A stretch of 38,796 bases of DNA from the NCBI RefSeq assembly GCF_004765795.1, contig NZ_SBIV01000014.1:1-38796 (forward strand), given 5' to 3'. The notes under the pieces are model-generated. The model saw only the letters and a list, made by a program, of their open reading frames with translations, was not told the DNA's origin and searched no databases. Made by a program: the position numbers and the translations under genes. Position 1 is the first letter of the stretch. Every line of letters begins with the position of its first letter. The stretch is from Halorussus marinus (GTDB taxonomy: Archaea; Halobacteriota; Halobacteria; Halobacteriales; Haladaptataceae). Positions 36,250 to 38,796 of this stretch are shown here, one piece after another.

Positions 36250-37071
36250 ATGCTCCACGGCGAGGCGTTTCCACTGTTGGTCGGCGCGATTGCGCTCGGA
36301 TTCGTGCACGGCATCGAGCCCGGACACGGATGGCCGGTCGCCGCGAGTTATGCACTCGATCAATCCAATAAGTGGCTCTACGGACTCGCCGCCAGCTCGC
36401 TGATCGGCATCGGCCACCTCATTAGCAGTCTGGCGATGGTCGGCGTGTTCTTCTACGCGAAATCCTACTTTCAGCTGACCCAAGTGAACGAGCCGATCTC
36501 GATTCTTGGCGGCGTTTCCATCGGCGGTCCAGTCAGCATCGTCGCAGGCGTCTTACTCATCGGACTCGGGATTCGAGAGTACACGCACGGCCATTCTCAC
36601 CAGCACGAGGACAGCCACGGACACGACCACGATGAGCATACGGAGGAGCAGTCGAGCCACCACAGTCACGGCACGCCACCCACGCACGAACACTCCCCGG
36701 ATGGGCTCCTTACACGGGTGAAAATTCGGCTTGGAAAAATCGGAGGGCACTCCCACGAGCACGGGACCGATCCGGCTCCTGACGCCGACCGCGGACTCCT
36801 CGGAATCGCCTGGTTCGCATTCGTCCTCGGGTTCGCTCACGAAGAAGAATTCGAGATTATCGGCCTCTGTGCCGGTTCGACGTACTGTCTGGAGCTGATG
36901 ACTGCGTATGCGCTGACGGTCATCGTCGGCATTGTCGGGTTAACGATGCTCCTCATCGCCGGCTATCAGGAGTACGAAGAAACAGTCGAGCGGTATACAC
37001 CGTACCTGCCGCTGTTCTCAGCGACCGTCCTCATCGTCATGGGACTCGGCTTCATCGCCGGCGTCTTCTGA
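36250..37071 (+). CDS. RcnA/NicO-like Ni/Co transporter with His-rich loop
   Basis: LGFVHGIEPGHGW, multiple TM helices, HGHSHQHEDSHGHDHDEH loop; divergent from the NikR-like gene. Confidence 0.8.
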   Translation: MLHGEAFPLLVGAIALGFVHGIEPGHGWPVAASYALDQSNKWLYGLAASSLIGIGHLISSLAMVGVFFYAKSYFQLTQVNEPISILGGVSIGGPVSIVAGVLLIGLGIREYTHGHSHQHEDSHGHDHDEHTEEQSSHHSHGTPPTHEHSPDGLLTRVKIRLGKIGGHSHEHGTDPAPDADRGLLGIAWFAFVLGFAHEEEFEIIGLCAGSTYCLELMTAYALTVIVGIVGLTMLLIAGYQEYEETVERYTPYLPLFSATVLIVMGLGFIAGVF

Positions 37072-37617
37072 ATCACGCCGAACACTCTCCAGCGTCCCAT
37101 TCTCAGTAAGGTCAATAAGCGCGCGATTTAGCAGTTCACGGAGGACGAACTCCTCGTAATGCTGTGTTGCACAGTACTCGCACGGCTTCATTTCTCGTGC
37201 CACCGCTTCGATGTCGTCGCCGTGCTCCCCATAGAGCGTCTCAACGAGCCCTGCTAATTCGGCTGCCGCGGTTTCCTGCGCCCCAGCGAGCGTCTGCTCA
37301 GCGTCCTCTGGTAGGTCATACGAAAAAATCCGCGTGTTCGACTTGTAGTACTTCCGCGTCCCCCCACCAGCTTCTTCGAGCCGGGCAATCTCGACCATCC
37401 CCGCATCCTTCAGGACGTTCACGTGGTGGCGCACCGTCGTCTCCGCCTTTTCTTCGCCACGACGATGCAGTTCGTCGTGGATCTCCTCGATCGTCATTTC
37501 CTCGGTTGCGAGCATGTCGAGGATCTTCACCCGGACATCGTTCTCCAGTGCCTTCGCTTTCTCCGGGTCCGTCGTCACGACTTCGCGGATCGGCACGTCA
37601 GATTCGAGGAGCGCCAT
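37018..37617 (-). CDS. ArsR-family regulator with CxxC
   Basis: KALENDVRVKILDML...TTVRHHVNVLKDAGMV...RKYY; KPCEYC; start ATG 37617. Confidence 0.85.
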   Translation of the reverse strand: MALLESDVPIREVVTTDPEKAKALENDVRVKILDMLATEEMTIEEIHDELHRRGEEKAETTVRHHVNVLKDAGMVEIARLEEAGGGTRKYYKSNTRIFSYDLPEDAEQTLAGAQETAAAELAGLVETLYGEHGDDIEAVAREMKPCEYCATQHYEEFVLRELLNRALIDLTENGTLESVRRDSEDAGDEAESHDDEDGR

Positions 37618-37748
37618 TCTTGTGACGACATAGACGGACAACGACAGTAAGAGTAACGCCATTCCAACGACAGTGGTAGTATGATATCGAGACCGCTATA
37701 ACTCTCGTCATAATGGTTATCCGCGTCGCACGATAACCAACAGGTACG

Positions 37749-38669
37749 ATGGGAACGACACACGACCAATTCAACGTCGGGGGGATGTCCTGCTCGTTCT
37801 GTGCCGAGAGCATCAAGAAGGCCTACAGTCGAACCGACGGCGTTGAGGACGTCGACGTGAGTCTCGCCCACGAGGAAGTTCTCGTCGAATACGACGACGA
37901 CCTGCTGAGCGAGGTCGAGGTAAAGGACACGCTCCGAGACCTCGGGTACACCATCCGCGACCCTGACAAAGCGAAGCGGTACGAGCAACAGCAGGCCGAA
38001 CTCTCCGACGGCAAGCGTCGCCTCCTCATCACCGGTGGCGCATCCATCGTTATCGCTGCCCTGATGGGATGGATGATTTTCGTGATGGGGCGCTTCGAGT
38101 CAACATCTCTCGGGATGGATCTGGTGACTCTGGGGCTGGCACTCGGGACGATGTTCGGGCCCGGCCGCTATATCAAAGAGAAAGCCTTCCAGAGCGTGCG
38201 CCGGGGTATCTTCAACCAGCACGTCCTCCTGGAAGCGGGCGCGTTCGCCGGACTCGTGGGTGGACTGCTTGGCCTGTTCGTCTTCCCGAGCTTCCCGACC
38301 GTTCACTTCTTCGCCGTCTCCGTGTTCATCACCACCTATCACATCCTTTCGGAGTACACCAGCCTCATCGTCCGCACGCGAGCTTCCCGAGCCGTCCAAG
38401 GCCTTCTCGACCTCCAGCCCGACACGGCACGCCGCGTCAGTGATGACGGTGATGTCGAGGAGGTCCCTGTCGACGACCTCGACGTTGGCAATCGCGTCCG
38501 CGTCAAGCCCGGCGAAAACATCCCCGTCGACGGCACGGTCGTCGAGGGCGAATCGATGGTCGACGAGTCGGTCGCTACCGGCGAGTCCATTCCCGAAGAG
38601 AAGGCCGCCGGCGACGCGGTGATCGGTGGCAGCGTCAACGAGACCGGGACGCTGCTCATCGAAGTAACT
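37749..38669 (+). pseudogene. Heavy-metal P1B ATPase (CopA-like) truncated by IS
   Basis: HMA GMSCSFC, TM helices, PGENIPVDG, TGES; the frame enters the IS after LLIEVT; no CPC/DKTGT in the window. Confidence 0.9.
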
Positions 38670-38796
38670 GGCTGTGTTGAATCGCCATACGGCAGAGAGG
38701 TAGGCCGCTAAATCAAAGGAGTTGAAGCGGGAGAGTTCCGTTGACCATGACGCAAATCTCCCGCTTCATCGGGGAGGTTGTACCGGTTGCTCAAAG
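38670..38796 (+). mobile_element. Left end of IS5-family (ISH9/ISH28-like) element, partial; transposase starts at 38747
   Basis: GGCTGTGTTGAA terminus; ATG 38747 MTQISRFIGEVVPVAQ; identical to the reverse complement of 1-126. Confidence 0.85.

Noticed and set aside
37714..37739. TGGTTATC/GATAACCA as a third TTAACCAACA site
   Set aside because: Opposite arm orientation and a 10-nt spacer; more likely a local operator or chance.
1..38796. tRNA, rRNA, reverse transcriptase/DGR/retron
   Set aside because: No such motifs recognised by eye; not verified with tools.

Overview
Haloarchaeal (Halobacteria) plasmid/integrative-element DNA, judged from high GC, very acidic proteins, a TFB and a HalOD1 gene. 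Both ends are the same 126-bp left end of an IS5-family (ISH9/ISH28-like) element in inverted orientation, so the contig was probably broken at a repeated IS; the right copy truncates a P1B ATPase. From left to right: (1) a large coupling-protein-like ATPase and a putative primase; (2) an iteron-like GACACCAG cluster; (3) a ~24-kb mostly co-oriented array of small mobile-element genes (RPA/OB-fold, TFB, DUF6735-like, two DUF6166-like, Mom-like GNAT, DUF932-like, many Zn-finger proteins), interrupted by defence-type and metal cargo (HEPN-like, Schlafen AlbA_2, TA-like pair, Mrr-like nuclease, ZntA/CadA); (4) a metal/redox island (peroxiredoxin, HxlR-merA, NikR-like plus RcnA-like, ArsR plus truncated ATPase). 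The most striking unexplained signal is a family of 10-12 non-coding leaders in front of the array's gene units. Each has a GT/T-rich tract, a hairpin with a variable stem but a conserved purine loop (consensus AGAGGGGTG), and usually a downstream segment that competes for the 3' arm (A-B-A' bistable design). Family names are from recalled motifs; no searches were run.
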